Shown here piece after piece: positions 15,201 through 25,945 of a stretch of 64,000 nt of DNA. The position numbers and the translations under genes were made by a program. The notes under the pieces were generated by a model. The model worked only from the letters and a program-made list of their open reading frames with translations. It had not been told where the DNA came from and made no database searches. Source of the DNA: Tubulanus polymorphus (lineage: Eukaryota; Animalia; Nemertea); assembly GCF_964204645.1 (NCBI RefSeq), contig NC_134033.1, positions 16,314,655 through 16,378,654 on the forward strand, read 5' to 3'. How positions within the stretch are numbered: the first letter of the stretch is position 1; every line of letters starts with the position of its first letter.

Positions 15201-18200
15201 ACAATATTGTGGATCCAGATTCTTCTCAGGTTAAGTTTCACTTCTGTTAGTTAAAATCAGTTCATTGTCAGTTTTTCTACCCTTTGGAGTAGGCCTATTC
15301 ATCATTTCTATCCGAGAACTACAGAACTATATTCACTCCAACAGTTCTAGGTTAAATACTATACTCTAATGTAAAAAAAAGAACATAATTGATTTTACTC
15401 TGGAATCGAATCGAACTTGGAACCTGGAGTCCTCGGTTTTAAATCGACTCCGTTCATGAATGTAACAGGTAACTGAATTTGGTAATGGCTTCAAACCTTT
15501 CATGTTTGTCTTCTGAATCGTCGTAGATTTCCCACGTGTCGCCCATTTTCCTGATATTCTCATCCGTTTTGTCGAGTATAGCGCCATCTTTTGTCTTTAT
15601 CTCATCAGATGTATTCCCATTACAATTACCGCACAATCCAGTCATGTGAGCTAGAAATCAAAGAAAATCCATCCATGTGTGGGTTTAATTCGACTCTGGA
15701 CCCAGTTCCACAGTTGTGCGGGTTTAATTTGACTCTGAACCCGTTTCACAGTTGTGTGGGTTTAATCTGACTCTGAACCCAATTCCACAGTTGTGTGGGT
15801 TTAATATGAACCCAGTTCCACAGTTTTGTGGATTTAATTCGACTCTGGACCCAGTTCCACAGTTGTGAGCGTTTAATTTGTGTGGGTTTAATTTGACTCT
15901 GGACCCAGTTCCACAGTTATGTGGGTTTAATTTGACTCTAGATCCAGTTCCACAGTTGTGTGGGTTTGATTTGACTCTAGACCCAAGTTCCAAAGTTGTG
16001 TGGGGTCTATTATTTGACTCGAGGTACAGTTCCACGCAGCTGTGGATAAGGACACGGCTTTGAGTAAGCAGACACACTATACTCTACACAACTCACATTT
16101 ATATATCGGTGGTACGAACAATTCAAAATTCGCGTCACCGTCCCACGTGGCCTGAATATCGCAACTGATCACCTTAACGATTACATCTCCTTCAGCACTC
16201 TCTTCAACTGACAATCTTCGCGCATCTTCATACGGCAAATCGACATCTTTACCATTGATCTGCAATTAAATATATCTGTATAACTTTTGTCCTTCTCGGA
16301 CAGGATTTTGAAATCACCTGTCGCACATGAGTCTCTTTATATGAAGTGAATTCACAATTTCATCTTGGATTCCAGAAACACGTATGCCTTCACTGGCTGG
16401 GCCAGACATTGTGATAAGTAACTAATTGTGTGTTTAAGTGTTTATGGCTTTCTATTTCAATCACTGGAATTTCGCGAATAAATTCAATAATTCTCTATTT
16501 TCCACTCGCCTACGTATGTGCTTAATGTATGCATAATATGTGAGTCTTTTTTGCGGTAATTAAACGCATAACGTCACTACTTAAATAAAGGAACATAATG
16601 GTTTCGAGTACGTTACACTTGAGACCACATGTCGGACTACAATACGCGTAAAGTACCGATGTTGTATCAAGCACTTTTTATTAGAATTAACAATTAAAAC
16701 AGAAATCCTTTACTAGGTACCCTCGAGGAAGGAGTGTTCGTTCGTTACGCTATCACGTGTTGTCGAGTGCTATTACGTCCTCTTAACTGAAATCACTTGA
16801 TTAATTCGTACAAAAAGAAAAACGTTTAAAAACCTTTTCATAATCAGTAATGAAAATAAACTGAAGTATGTTCTTGACTCGCGTGGAACTGCTGCTATAT
16901 TTCCCCGTATGACAAACTAACTAATGATTTTGTTTCAAATGTTTCTAGTAAGATCAGGCTCTAGTTGCACAGTTCTGAATCCAACTCCATGAAGCATGTT
17001 TCAACGCATTAAACGGTTTAAGTAGCAGTTCCGTAGAAATGTGTACTGGTTCATATGTTACATAGTTTCTTGCTCCTATAAAGTCCACGCATCTTCAATT
17101 CAAATGATAACTCAGAGTCGATTGCGCCAGATCACGTGCCCAGAATCTGTTTACCGTTGAAGCTGATTGGCTCAGATTATCACGTGCCCCGCCGGACAAT
17201 ACATCGCACGCATTTTCTTGCTGATAACGACCAATCACTGCTCCGACTGCTCCGGAATTCAACTGCATTCGTGTCCAGGAATGACACAGAACAGGAATTA
17301 AGTGTTTTCTGCAAGACTTTTATCCGGAATCATGCCGGAGGATTTATTAACCGGAAATAATTCCGGGGGTCAAATTTCGGGATGATATCTCAGATTAGAC
17401 ATTTGCCGGAGATTTCCGGTAAGAAATCTTCCGGAATTCCCTCATACCCTACCCCTCCTCATATCAGATATCCGCCGGAATTTTCCGGAAATTTTCGGAA
17501 AACCATCGTCCCGAATTTTCCGGAAAATTCTGTAATGCGTAATTTCTGGACTTGAGAGATGACTTATTGCTCCCACGGACGGATCCGAGACAAGCGCTGA
17601 AGTCTAACTGTTATACGTGATTATGTCGATACTGACCTGTACTTCGTTGTATTGTAACAATCGAACGTTGATCGGGTTGGCTTTGAAAAATTTCAGATCG
17701 AAATATCTCGGAAAAGTCATCGGATTCCCGTATCGCATTTCGTTGTTAACTCGAACGTCGAACTGGCACGGGTCCGATACGAGCGTGCTCCTCGATACCG
17801 TGTACTTACACGGGCCGAAATACCCGAATAGCATTCCGTCGTAGGTTACGAAATGAGGGTCACCTTCGACTAAACACCGACAGACTAGAATAAATGAAAA
17901 CGAAAACCAACTCAAAAAGTATATTTACGCCTTAATAAAAACATTGCGTAATATCGTCGACAATTGATAATAAAGTATAAGATCCAGGCTAGAAGTTATT
18001 TTGGATTTGAATATATCGATAATTGAATTGAATTGACCGGCAACCAGTCTAGTCCCGATATATCGACGACGTGGTGAACATCCTCTCAAAAATAATCATC
18101 AAAATCTAGGCTAAAAAAATTGATACCTTGTTTCTCCGCTCTGCTGAGCTTAAATGTTGACCCGGCCGGCCGCCTATCTACCCTATACATTACTTTTTTT

Positions 18201-18602
18201 TAAAATCGTGATCAATTTTACCATAACAGACCCGGCCGCTATAGAAATGAACTGTTTACAAATTTTATCATATTTTACTAAAATGACCCGGCCGCTGCGG
18301 AGAAACAAGGTATCATTTTTTGTTTAGCCTTATCTTAGTGCACGTCGACTCACACAGTACACATAACACATAATAGTTACCAATGAATACAGTTTATTGC
18401 ACAGTTTGTATTATACAGTTTTTACGGCATAGTAGTTATCATTGTATATAAACATTATTATAACGATTTCAACGGAGTCGAAAAACTCCTGAAGTAAAAA
18501 AAGGACGAAATGAAAACTATTTTCAAATCTAAACTTACAATCTTCCTTAGCGTATGACGTCGACAGCGCCAACATGAATCCCAGGACTAAGATTAAACCC
18601 AT
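6267..18602 (-). CDS. Secreted mucin / IgGFc-binding-protein-like protein: signal peptide, VWD, C8, TIL, small Cys-rich exons, Pro/Thr-rich repeats, 3 kringles, Pro/Thr repeats, C8, TIL
   Basis: Signal exon 18539-18602 (MGLILVLGFMLALSTSYAKED). VWD motifs CLVEGDPHFVTYDG (~17637-17885) and GLCGNCNG (~15500-15650). C8 exons at ~14340-15070 and ~7400-7570; TIL exons at ~13555-13770 and ~6954-7127; kringle exon ~8655-9399; Thr/Pro exons at 8436-8584 and 7682-8163. The last micro-exon 6267-6277 (C-P-Q-stop) is followed by AATAAA at ~6165. The small middle exons (9500-12700) are approximate. Confidence 0.8.
7800..8160 (-). repeat. Coding tandem repeat (~48 bp, 16 aa unit like TTEPIEPATTPPEGT), mucin-type O-glycosylation region
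   Basis: Direct reading of ORF 7592-8185. Confidence 0.85.
8655..9399 (-). other. Single exon encoding three tandem kringle domains
   Basis: Three copies of Y.G....T.SG.KCQ.W.SQ.PH.H ... NYCRNPD.EPEGPWCYT.DP..RWEYCD...C. Confidence 0.95.
10600..10760 (+). pseudogene. Degenerate 3' end of a CR1/L2-type LINE ORF2 inside a mucin intron
   Basis: GRRSFYYSAPSLRNKLP resembles the G.RSF.Y.AP.LWN.LP motif at the C-terminus of CR1/L2-clade RT proteins. No RT core is visible. Confidence 0.5.
10840..11337. repeat. 47-bp minisatellite (aactacaatgagcttagactggtcttaggttgttagattggcttgtg), ~10 units; related units at ~13240-13420, 19620-19720, 26460-26680
   Basis: Identical units start at 10983 and 11030; no unique spacers. 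Confidence 0.9.
11891..12038. mobile_element. MITE with CAGTGGAACCTCGTTA terminal inverted repeats (Tc1/mariner-pogo-like)
   Basis: cagtggaacctcgtta ... taacgaggttccactg. Confidence 0.7.
15675..16045. repeat. ~40-bp minisatellite (cccagttccacagttgtgtgggtttaatttgactctgga)
   Basis: About 9 units. The unit matches the end of the dispersed element at 38076-38181. Confidence 0.85.
18109..18329. mobile_element. ~220-bp MITE (GGCTAAA...TTTAGCC), PIF/Harbinger (Tourist)-like; second copy inverted at 42589-42807
   Basis: ~30-bp TIRs ggctaaaaaaattgataccttgtttctccgc / gcggagaaacaaggtatcattttttgtttagcc. The 42.6 kb copy is flanked by TAA/TAA. Confidence 0.8.
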
Positions 18603-19057
18603 CTGAAACAATATGTTAGAATTTCAGGCGACTTTGAACTGGGTTTAACCGCCGGTTCCGAGTTTGTAGTCGATCCACACAGCTGTTCGCAAACGATGCG
18701 ATACCGCCGTCAATTTTATATTACATGAACAGGATATAGTCTCGTCCTTAGAGAAAAACCCGCATCAACGAGAAAAATATAGCAATCGAATATTTCGAAA
18801 CGTTGAATATAAATAACTTTCTCTGTTTTTCGTTTGGGGGTTTTCCCTTACATTCACTTTTGCTACCAATACAGAGGTAGTACATAGGCCTAGTAGCCCG
18901 ATCTGTAGGTGTATGATTGACTATCATCTGATTCCTAAGTACCTGTTATCACTTTTCGCAAAGACAATCCTTACATGGAAACCAGCCTACAATTATTTCT
19001 CTGATTTAAAAAACGACCTTCAATAATAATGGTAATAATAATAATAGTAATGATAAT

Positions 19058-19093
<36 letters not shown>

Positions 19094-20029
19094 CATAATC
19101 ATCATAATATATGTATCTATCAATATATGTACAAGATTTGTATCAATGTTGCTTTAATGTCCACTGGTCCTACATAATTGAAAGGACATCTCCAAGCCTA
19201 AAGGCTGTACCAAAAAAGGGTGATCAGCCCTAGAAATGAAAAAAAGAAAAGAATAGCAAAACAAAATAAAATCGTTTAAAAATATTGTTTACCTTTTCAG
19301 ACGCAGTGTACAGATGACGATAGTTTCCTAGCGAAACTATAAACGCTTCTGATGAACATAAGGCAGTATTATATGTAATTATATAAGTCATTTTCTATAT
19401 ACAGCGGACCAGGTGCGGCAGGCAACGCGTCGAGTGATTCTTGAAAAATATATCTCTTTCGATTTGAGTGTCATTAAAAAACATAGTAATTAATTAATTG
19501 TCGTTAACCTCAGCTCTAGTGTTGTAGTGAAAGTGAATTCAGCCATTGAGTTCGATCGTTCTAAGCCTCGAGTAGAGTTGAATGAAGTTCATTTTCGAGA
19601 TTTTCCAGTAAGACCAAAAGTGGCCTTAAATCTTAAGACTGGTCTTTAGTCGTTTGATTGGCTATAGAACTAAGTTGGTTTTAGACTGGTCTTAAGTCTA
19701 AGCCCTCACTGTGGAACCAGCCCCTGGGCTACAATTTCATTTGAGAGTCTTATATTTGAAAATCACTGCATTTGAAGGCTGAGACTGATGGTGGAGAAAC
19801 TCTTATGCTTCGACTTAGTTCATACCATACCTCCTTTCAATAATAACTTTTTGGGCTTTACTAAAAGTTAAGAAGATCGTTTGCTCCGGCTCCGTGCCTA
19901 AACAATGCCATTGTCAGGTAGATGGGGTCTGGAGTTTTTATGGCAATTTACGGGATCGGACTTAGCTGTCAAGAATTGCTCCCTCTCCCGAAATCCACTA
20001 GTTCCCGAGTTCGTACCCATTGATTACTG

Positions 20030-20700
20030 ACACTGATTCAGCATGGTCCTGATGCTGAATAGAGGATGTACAGGGGTGTCCCGGGTTCGAACCTAGTAAT
20101 TACTGATACTGATTCAGAGTTGTCCCCTGATGCCGAATAGAGGATGTACAGGGGTGTCCTGACCGTACGGTGCTGCCGCTATGCTCATCGTTAGCGGAAT
20201 TTCCATACACTAACTGAAGTGAACTCTGGCAATCGTTGTGCTGTCCAGTTATACTCCGTAACCCTTGCTTGCCAGAGTTGACTTACGTTAGTGTATGAAA
20301 ATCCCGCTACCGATGAGCATAGAGGCAGCACCGTACGGTGAAATGTTGATATCTTAAAAGTAATTACTGATAACTGATTCAGAGTGGTCCTGATGCTGAA
20401 TATAGCATGTACAGGGGTGACCCGGGTTCGAACCCTGTAATTACTGATACTAGTTCAGAGTGATACTGGTGCTGAATATAGCAGTTACAGGGATGTCCTT
20501 GGTTCGAACCCAGTAATTACTGATAACTGATTCAGAGTGATACTGATGCTGAATATAGCATGTACAGGGGTTTTCCAAGTTCGAACCCAGTAATTACTGA
20601 TACTGATTCAGAGTGGTCCTGATGCTGATTAGATGATGTACAGGGGTTTTCCAAGTTCGAACCTAGCAATTACTGATACTGATTCAGAGTGGTGCTGATG
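20030..20700. repeat. ~70-bp tandem repeat with a GGTTCGAACC (B-box-like) core, interrupted by a palindromic element at 20162-20339
   Basis: Repeated gtaattactgatactgattcagagtggtcctgatgctgaatatagcatgtacagggg...ggttcgaaccc. Confidence 0.8.
20162..20339. mobile_element. Foldback/MITE-like element with ~71-bp inverted arms
   Basis: accgtacggtgctgcc...aactctggcaa versus ttgccagagtt...ggcagcaccgtacggt. Confidence 0.75.
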
Positions 20701-21114
20701 CTAGCGTCGCTAGAGTTAGCGTTAGTTAATAGGATGCGAGCGTTTTATGAAGCTAGAACAGGTCCAGCGAATACGGCTGCGGGTTTGAGCAGAAAAGGAA
20801 CTCATTTTTACAGTTGCTGGCCAAGAACTTAATTGGCCTTGGAATATTTTCCACTTAACCACTTTGAACCGCGCTGGACCGGTGCCAAAACCTATACAAG
20901 CACTGATAACTCAAATGGTGACTGATGACCGCACGCGCAAAGAGAACTTCAACTTCAAAGACATTTTTATCAACAACAATAGTTTAATCTTTTGTCACTT
21001 ACTCAAAATAAATAAATAATTCAGATAACAATATGTGATACAATAGATATAAAACAAACGACATTACAAGGACCTGTCGGTCATTTAATGTTGTCATAAT
21101 CACTGGACCCGCTG

Positions 21115-24100
21115 TTATGTCCTCGCGTTATTCAAAGTTTTAACCACTTCGATTACGGAACCGATCTGATAATAATCGACCAACAAAACGTTCGTATTAT
21201 TTCTGAAATCGGCCGAACGTTCGAACACGCCGGCTAATTCAACGTTCACGATATTCGCGTAGATTTTGATGCCTAACGAACCTAGAATAGGTCCGGCGAG
21301 AACGGTCGCGATGAGGGTAGAATCTGGGGTCAGTATCCACGATACCGTATGCAGTTTACCGCCTCGCTTCGACGCCAGTTTACGCGTCTGATCGCCGGTC
21401 ATCACTTCCGGCGAAGAGGTACGAGAGAAACTTCCGGTTTCCATAGTCTCCTTGGAAACGGTCCACCAGCGCGCATTCTCGTGTTGCTCGCTGCCCCACA
21501 GCACGAACACGCGTTGTTGGCAGACGATCAGATCGCGGAGCGTTCGATTCCACGACGTTTTCGGCGCGAGATAATAACCTAAAATACCTTCGACTAAGTC
21601 GGCTAGTTTCGCCATACGTCGAGCGTTTCGCATACCATCCCCGAACGCTAGAATAATGACTTCGTTCCGATTTCGCCGGTCGCCCAACCATCTGCGTATT
21701 TTGAGCAGAATTTCCGCTATTCTCTCGCCCCACATACAATGACAAGTTTTCAGCGTCCCGGAATATTCCTCGCACAGGTCCACGTCGAGATACCGTATAC
21801 CGTCCCATAGTTGCCTGGTGACGTCGTAGTCTTGGTTTTCGGAAATTCTCGCCAGGATATTGTCGCCCTTGGGAACGATATCTGACCACCAGGGAAGCTC
21901 CTTACACCACCCGACATCGTGCTCAGGATTGCCGAGGTCGTCGATGAAATGTAAGTTGTACGATCCAGCATTATGAGTTCCTTAAATAGAAAACATTTAA
22001 GATAAAGCTATTGATTATCATTCGCTCCACGTTCGACCCCCATCATAGAATCCTAGGGCCAGTTTTATATACATTAAGTACTTAGTTTAACTCTCAGGCC
22101 TGAAGGATTCAAAAATCATGACTTAGACTTAAAGACCGGTCTTAATACCTTCATTTGTAGGGCCTACAGACAATCTATAACAACTAAACTTATCCACCCA
22201 ACATACATACCCATCCAGGATCCATACCCACCCATCCAGGATCTTTACTCGCCAAGGCTATATACTGGTCCAGGATACACAACCACCTGGGATACATACC
22301 CGCCCACCAAGGCCGATACATTGCCGCCCACCCAGGATACATACCCACCCATCCAGGGTACATACTAGCCCAGGATAAATATCCGCCCAGGATACATTCC
22401 CCTCAGGATACATACCCGCCCAGGCTATTTCATGAACGCGTCTGTTACACAATCTCATCAACCCGTTGCATTTCAATCGATCACCGCGTCGATTACGACT
22501 TGACGATTCGGGACAAATTCTACCGTTTCCATTCACTACAGCTCTAGAACGATCGAAGCATAAACCTCCCGACAGTAAGAGACCTTGTTCGCACCGGGTA
22601 CAGCGACCTGTTTGGACGGTTTTCTCGCATCGACACAGCTCGTTGTACTGAAATCCGTACCAGCTCCATTCCCCGGTGCCGCGGCATCGTCCGTATCCGA
22701 GTTCTCCCCATACCCGGTCCGTACAGTCCGCATTGCAGCTTCCCAACGCGTCCAGTTCCCAGAACGAGCCGTTTATCACGCCGGTCGAGCAACGATTACA
22801 TCCGGGCACGTGGTCACATGACATCCCGTCTCCTCGAAACGGAAGCGAATAGTTGATGACGTCACGATGGAAACTGTCGTGAAGTTTGTAAATTCCGTCC
22901 TTGAGACACAAACCATCTGTCGAATAAACCGAATTCATTACTATTTCATTTTCAAGGAACCATTTCTGAATAAGCTGATAAATATGTGAAACAGAAATCA
23001 CTCGCTTCACCTAAATCTGTGTCGATAAAATAATCAAACTCATCTAAGGGCAGTAACTGGATCAGAGTGGTGGTTCTTAGTGAACCCTACGAAAACCGCC
23101 AGTAATAGACGCAATGACTCGGAGCAGTTCGAACCATCAGTAGCAGAGGCGGGGGCCATATTAGCGAGCCCTTCACCAGTAATGTAGAAGCCGCAGCTAC
23201 ATTGGTTCTTAGTGGTTCTCCGCAAAGCACCAGTAATAGAAGCAGTGGTTCTTAGTGAGCCCTATACAACGCACCAGTAATAGAAGCCGCGGCTACATTT
23301 GGTTCTTAGTGAGCCCTCCGCAAAGCACCAGTAATAGAAGCCGCAGATACACAGGGACTTGACACAAAAGGATTTTGACCACAGTATCCTAGGTACTATA
23401 TATATATATAGTACCTACGATACTGGGTCAAAATCCTTTTCGGTGTCAAGTCCCAGTGCGCAGATACATTGGATCTTAGTGAAGCCTTCACAAAGCACCA
23501 GTAATAGAAAGCGCAGCCACATTGGTTCTTAGTGAAGCTTTCAAAAAGTCCCAGTAATAGAGCACCAGTTGGTTCTTAGCGAAACTAGAATCAGTGGTTA
23601 GAGTGGTTGTTGGTAAACCAGCATAGCAGTAAGCAGTGGTTATAGCGGTTTTCGAGCGTACCCTTCACAAACCGCCATTAACAGGACAAGTATCTGCTAT
23701 TAGTAAAGAGAGAGAGAGAGCAGGTACCATAACGGGGACGTTGTGTCTGGGTTTTGATGGATTTACCTTGAAGTAGATATCCGGAATGGCACTGGTTACA
23801 AACTCTTGTCGTTACGTTTTTCTCGCACGTACATTTATTATTGACGAATCTACTGAGACCACATAGTTCCCATTCACTGGTCGTCTGACAATATCCATAA
23901 CCGGCACTCGTCCATTTAATCGACTCGCAGTTCACGTCACACGTCCTAAACACGTCCCTTTCCCAAAACGCGCCTTCTAAAGTCAGACTCTGGCACGCGA
24001 CGCATCCCGCTATTGCGGTGCACTGGTTTTCGGAGCCGTGATATGGTAGACCGTACGATAAGGTCATTCCAACTGCTGTCCGCTGAAACCGCCATAATAT

Positions 24101-24148
24101 CAGCAGCAACACGGCCACGGACGCGGTATTAGTTGTAAACAAGTCCAT
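21115..24148 (-). CDS. Secreted PI-PLC X-domain (PLC-like phosphodiesterase) protein with two N-terminal Cys-rich modules
   Basis: Exons 23767-24148, 22416-22916 and 21115-21980, all phase 1. Splicing restores IAWAGTHNAGS (catalytic His motif), followed by NQ...TRQLWDGIRYLDVD, NRNEVIIL and NVLLVDYY. Hydrophobic signal AVLLLILW. Confidence 0.85.
22190..22420. repeat. Short GGATACATACCC(G/A)CCC minisatellite at the start of PI-PLC intron 2
   Basis: Repeated ggatacatacccgccc / ggatacatacccaccc; the unit contains the splice donor. Confidence 0.75.
23070..23580. repeat. ~55-bp tandem repeat (ttggttcttagtgagccct...gcaccagtaatagaagccgcagctaca) in PI-PLC intron 1
   Basis: Direct reading; interrupted at 23352-23458. 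Confidence 0.75.
23352..23458. mobile_element. Hairpin MITE centred on (TA)n with a 10-bp target-site duplication CGCAGATACA (Mutator-like)
   Basis: Arms gggacttgacac..aaaaggattttgacc..cagtatc..aggtacta / tagtacct..gatactg..ggtcaaaatccttt..gtgtcaagtccc; cgcagataca at 23342-23351 and 23459-23468. Confidence 0.7.
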
Positions 24149-24914
24149 AGAGAGAGAGAGAGAGAGAGAGAGAGCGTCCTATCCTTGTGCGTCAACTCCT
24201 CTTCGGTTAAATGAAAAATTCTGGCAACGAAACAAGATTTATATCTAGATAAAACGGGGCCATTCAAACAGTACGTTTATATACCACTAGTGTTTATACC
24301 GATTTTAATTGCCGCGTAAGGGAGACCGCCACCCTGAATAAAATCCTCTCAGAGCCAAAACAACTCTCCCTATCTACTTTTTACCGTAATTATTGACAAT
24401 GTTGTTGTTGCTATACAGTAAAAACAATAAGCGGGCGGAAAATGTCACTGCTGCAACGTACCTGCCAAAGAAAAATCCCACCGAGCGTCGTTCAATGTGC
24501 CTTGGTCTCCCTTACACGTTCTTAAGCGCTGTACCTCCACCAGGAGAAGGAAAACAGTCAATGGCCCCGACGTTTAAAATTGTGTAATTTTTTGTATCGA
24601 TATTATATCAAATTACTATGAATCTAATGCGGAATTAAAGCGTGTGGACTTTGAAATCGTGGTTTTAATTGTTGTAAGTTGGGCGAATTTTTCCTCAAAC
24701 CGCAAAACGTGATCTTTCGACTTTGAAACGAACTATAAATTTTAAATGTCAACGGTTGACGGGAAAATATAGTAATTCAGTTAGTTACCCGTATGTTGGG
24801 GCATTATCTCGAGTATATTATCCATGTTGACTTTTCTATAACTTAAAATTGATCTGTCGAGCCCTAATATGTTGAGTTTTTATTTCAATGCTGATTTCAT
24901 TCTAAACCAATGTC

Positions 24915-25168
24915 GAGATTTTCTAAAACAGCAGTTGAGATTTTTCGAAACCACTGTTGAGATTTTTCTAAACCGCTGTTGGAATTTTTCGAAACCACTT
25001 TCGAGATTTTTCGAAACCAAGCTGTTGATATTTTTCGAAACCACTTTCGAGATTTTTCGAAACCCCTTTCGAGATTTTTCAAAACTACTGTTGAGATTTT
25101 TCGAAACCACAGTTGATATTTTTCGAAACCACAGTTGAGATTTTTCGAAACCACTTTCGAGATTTTTT
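24915..25168. repeat. ~21-22-bp minisatellite (gagatttttcgaaaccactgtt)
   Basis: About 11 units; source of spurious ORFs 24869-25154. Confidence 0.9.
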
Positions 25169-25636
25169 TCTAAATTTCCAAATTTTTTTTCGCTTGGTTT
25201 AAATCAGACAGGTAACCAAGTAGTTCCAGTGTCAAATTCTAGCTCAAAACTGTGTAATTTCGTGGTAGATCTAAAGGATGGGTGCGGTCCGCATTCTATA
25301 TACTTTACTACTAGCTCAATAACTGTCAAATCTAAAATACTGTGAAAAATGAATATTTCTTTTTTTCTAGTTGGAACGAAACAATCTTTTCGAGGGAACG
25401 AAATGTTTACACACAAACATTACTTCCTTTCCAAGAAAAACATTTCGTTCACACGAAAAGATCATTTCGTTCCCGCGAAAAAAAAATATATATTCCTCAC
25501 CATCTCACCGGGGTTCCGTACAAATTCTAACTGTGAACAGAGGAATCGGGTGCAGTTTGAGCGGCTTGGCGTCAAACTTCATACCGAATAATACGATACG
25601 TATGCTATATTGCATTTTTTCCTATACAGTCAGTTG

Positions 25637-25741
<105 letters not shown>

Positions 25742-25945
25742 CAATTAAACACATACGTTTACGTTACATCGACGTTCATTTACGTCGAGAGTTGGAAAAT
25801 CGACTGAATTCACGACTCTTCATAAAACTCTTCATAATTCACAACTCTTCACGTACGGACGAGGCTGTATAGTTGATTGTAGATAGTTTTACGTACTAAA
25901 GTATTCTACCACAACTACGCGTAAAAAAACACCTATTATGATACG

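Noticed and set aside
20030-20700. GGTTCGAACC motifs as tRNA genes (also ~46400-46565, ~50670, ~59880-59920)
   Set aside because: Only B-box/T-loop-like motifs with no cloverleaf; more likely SINE-derived
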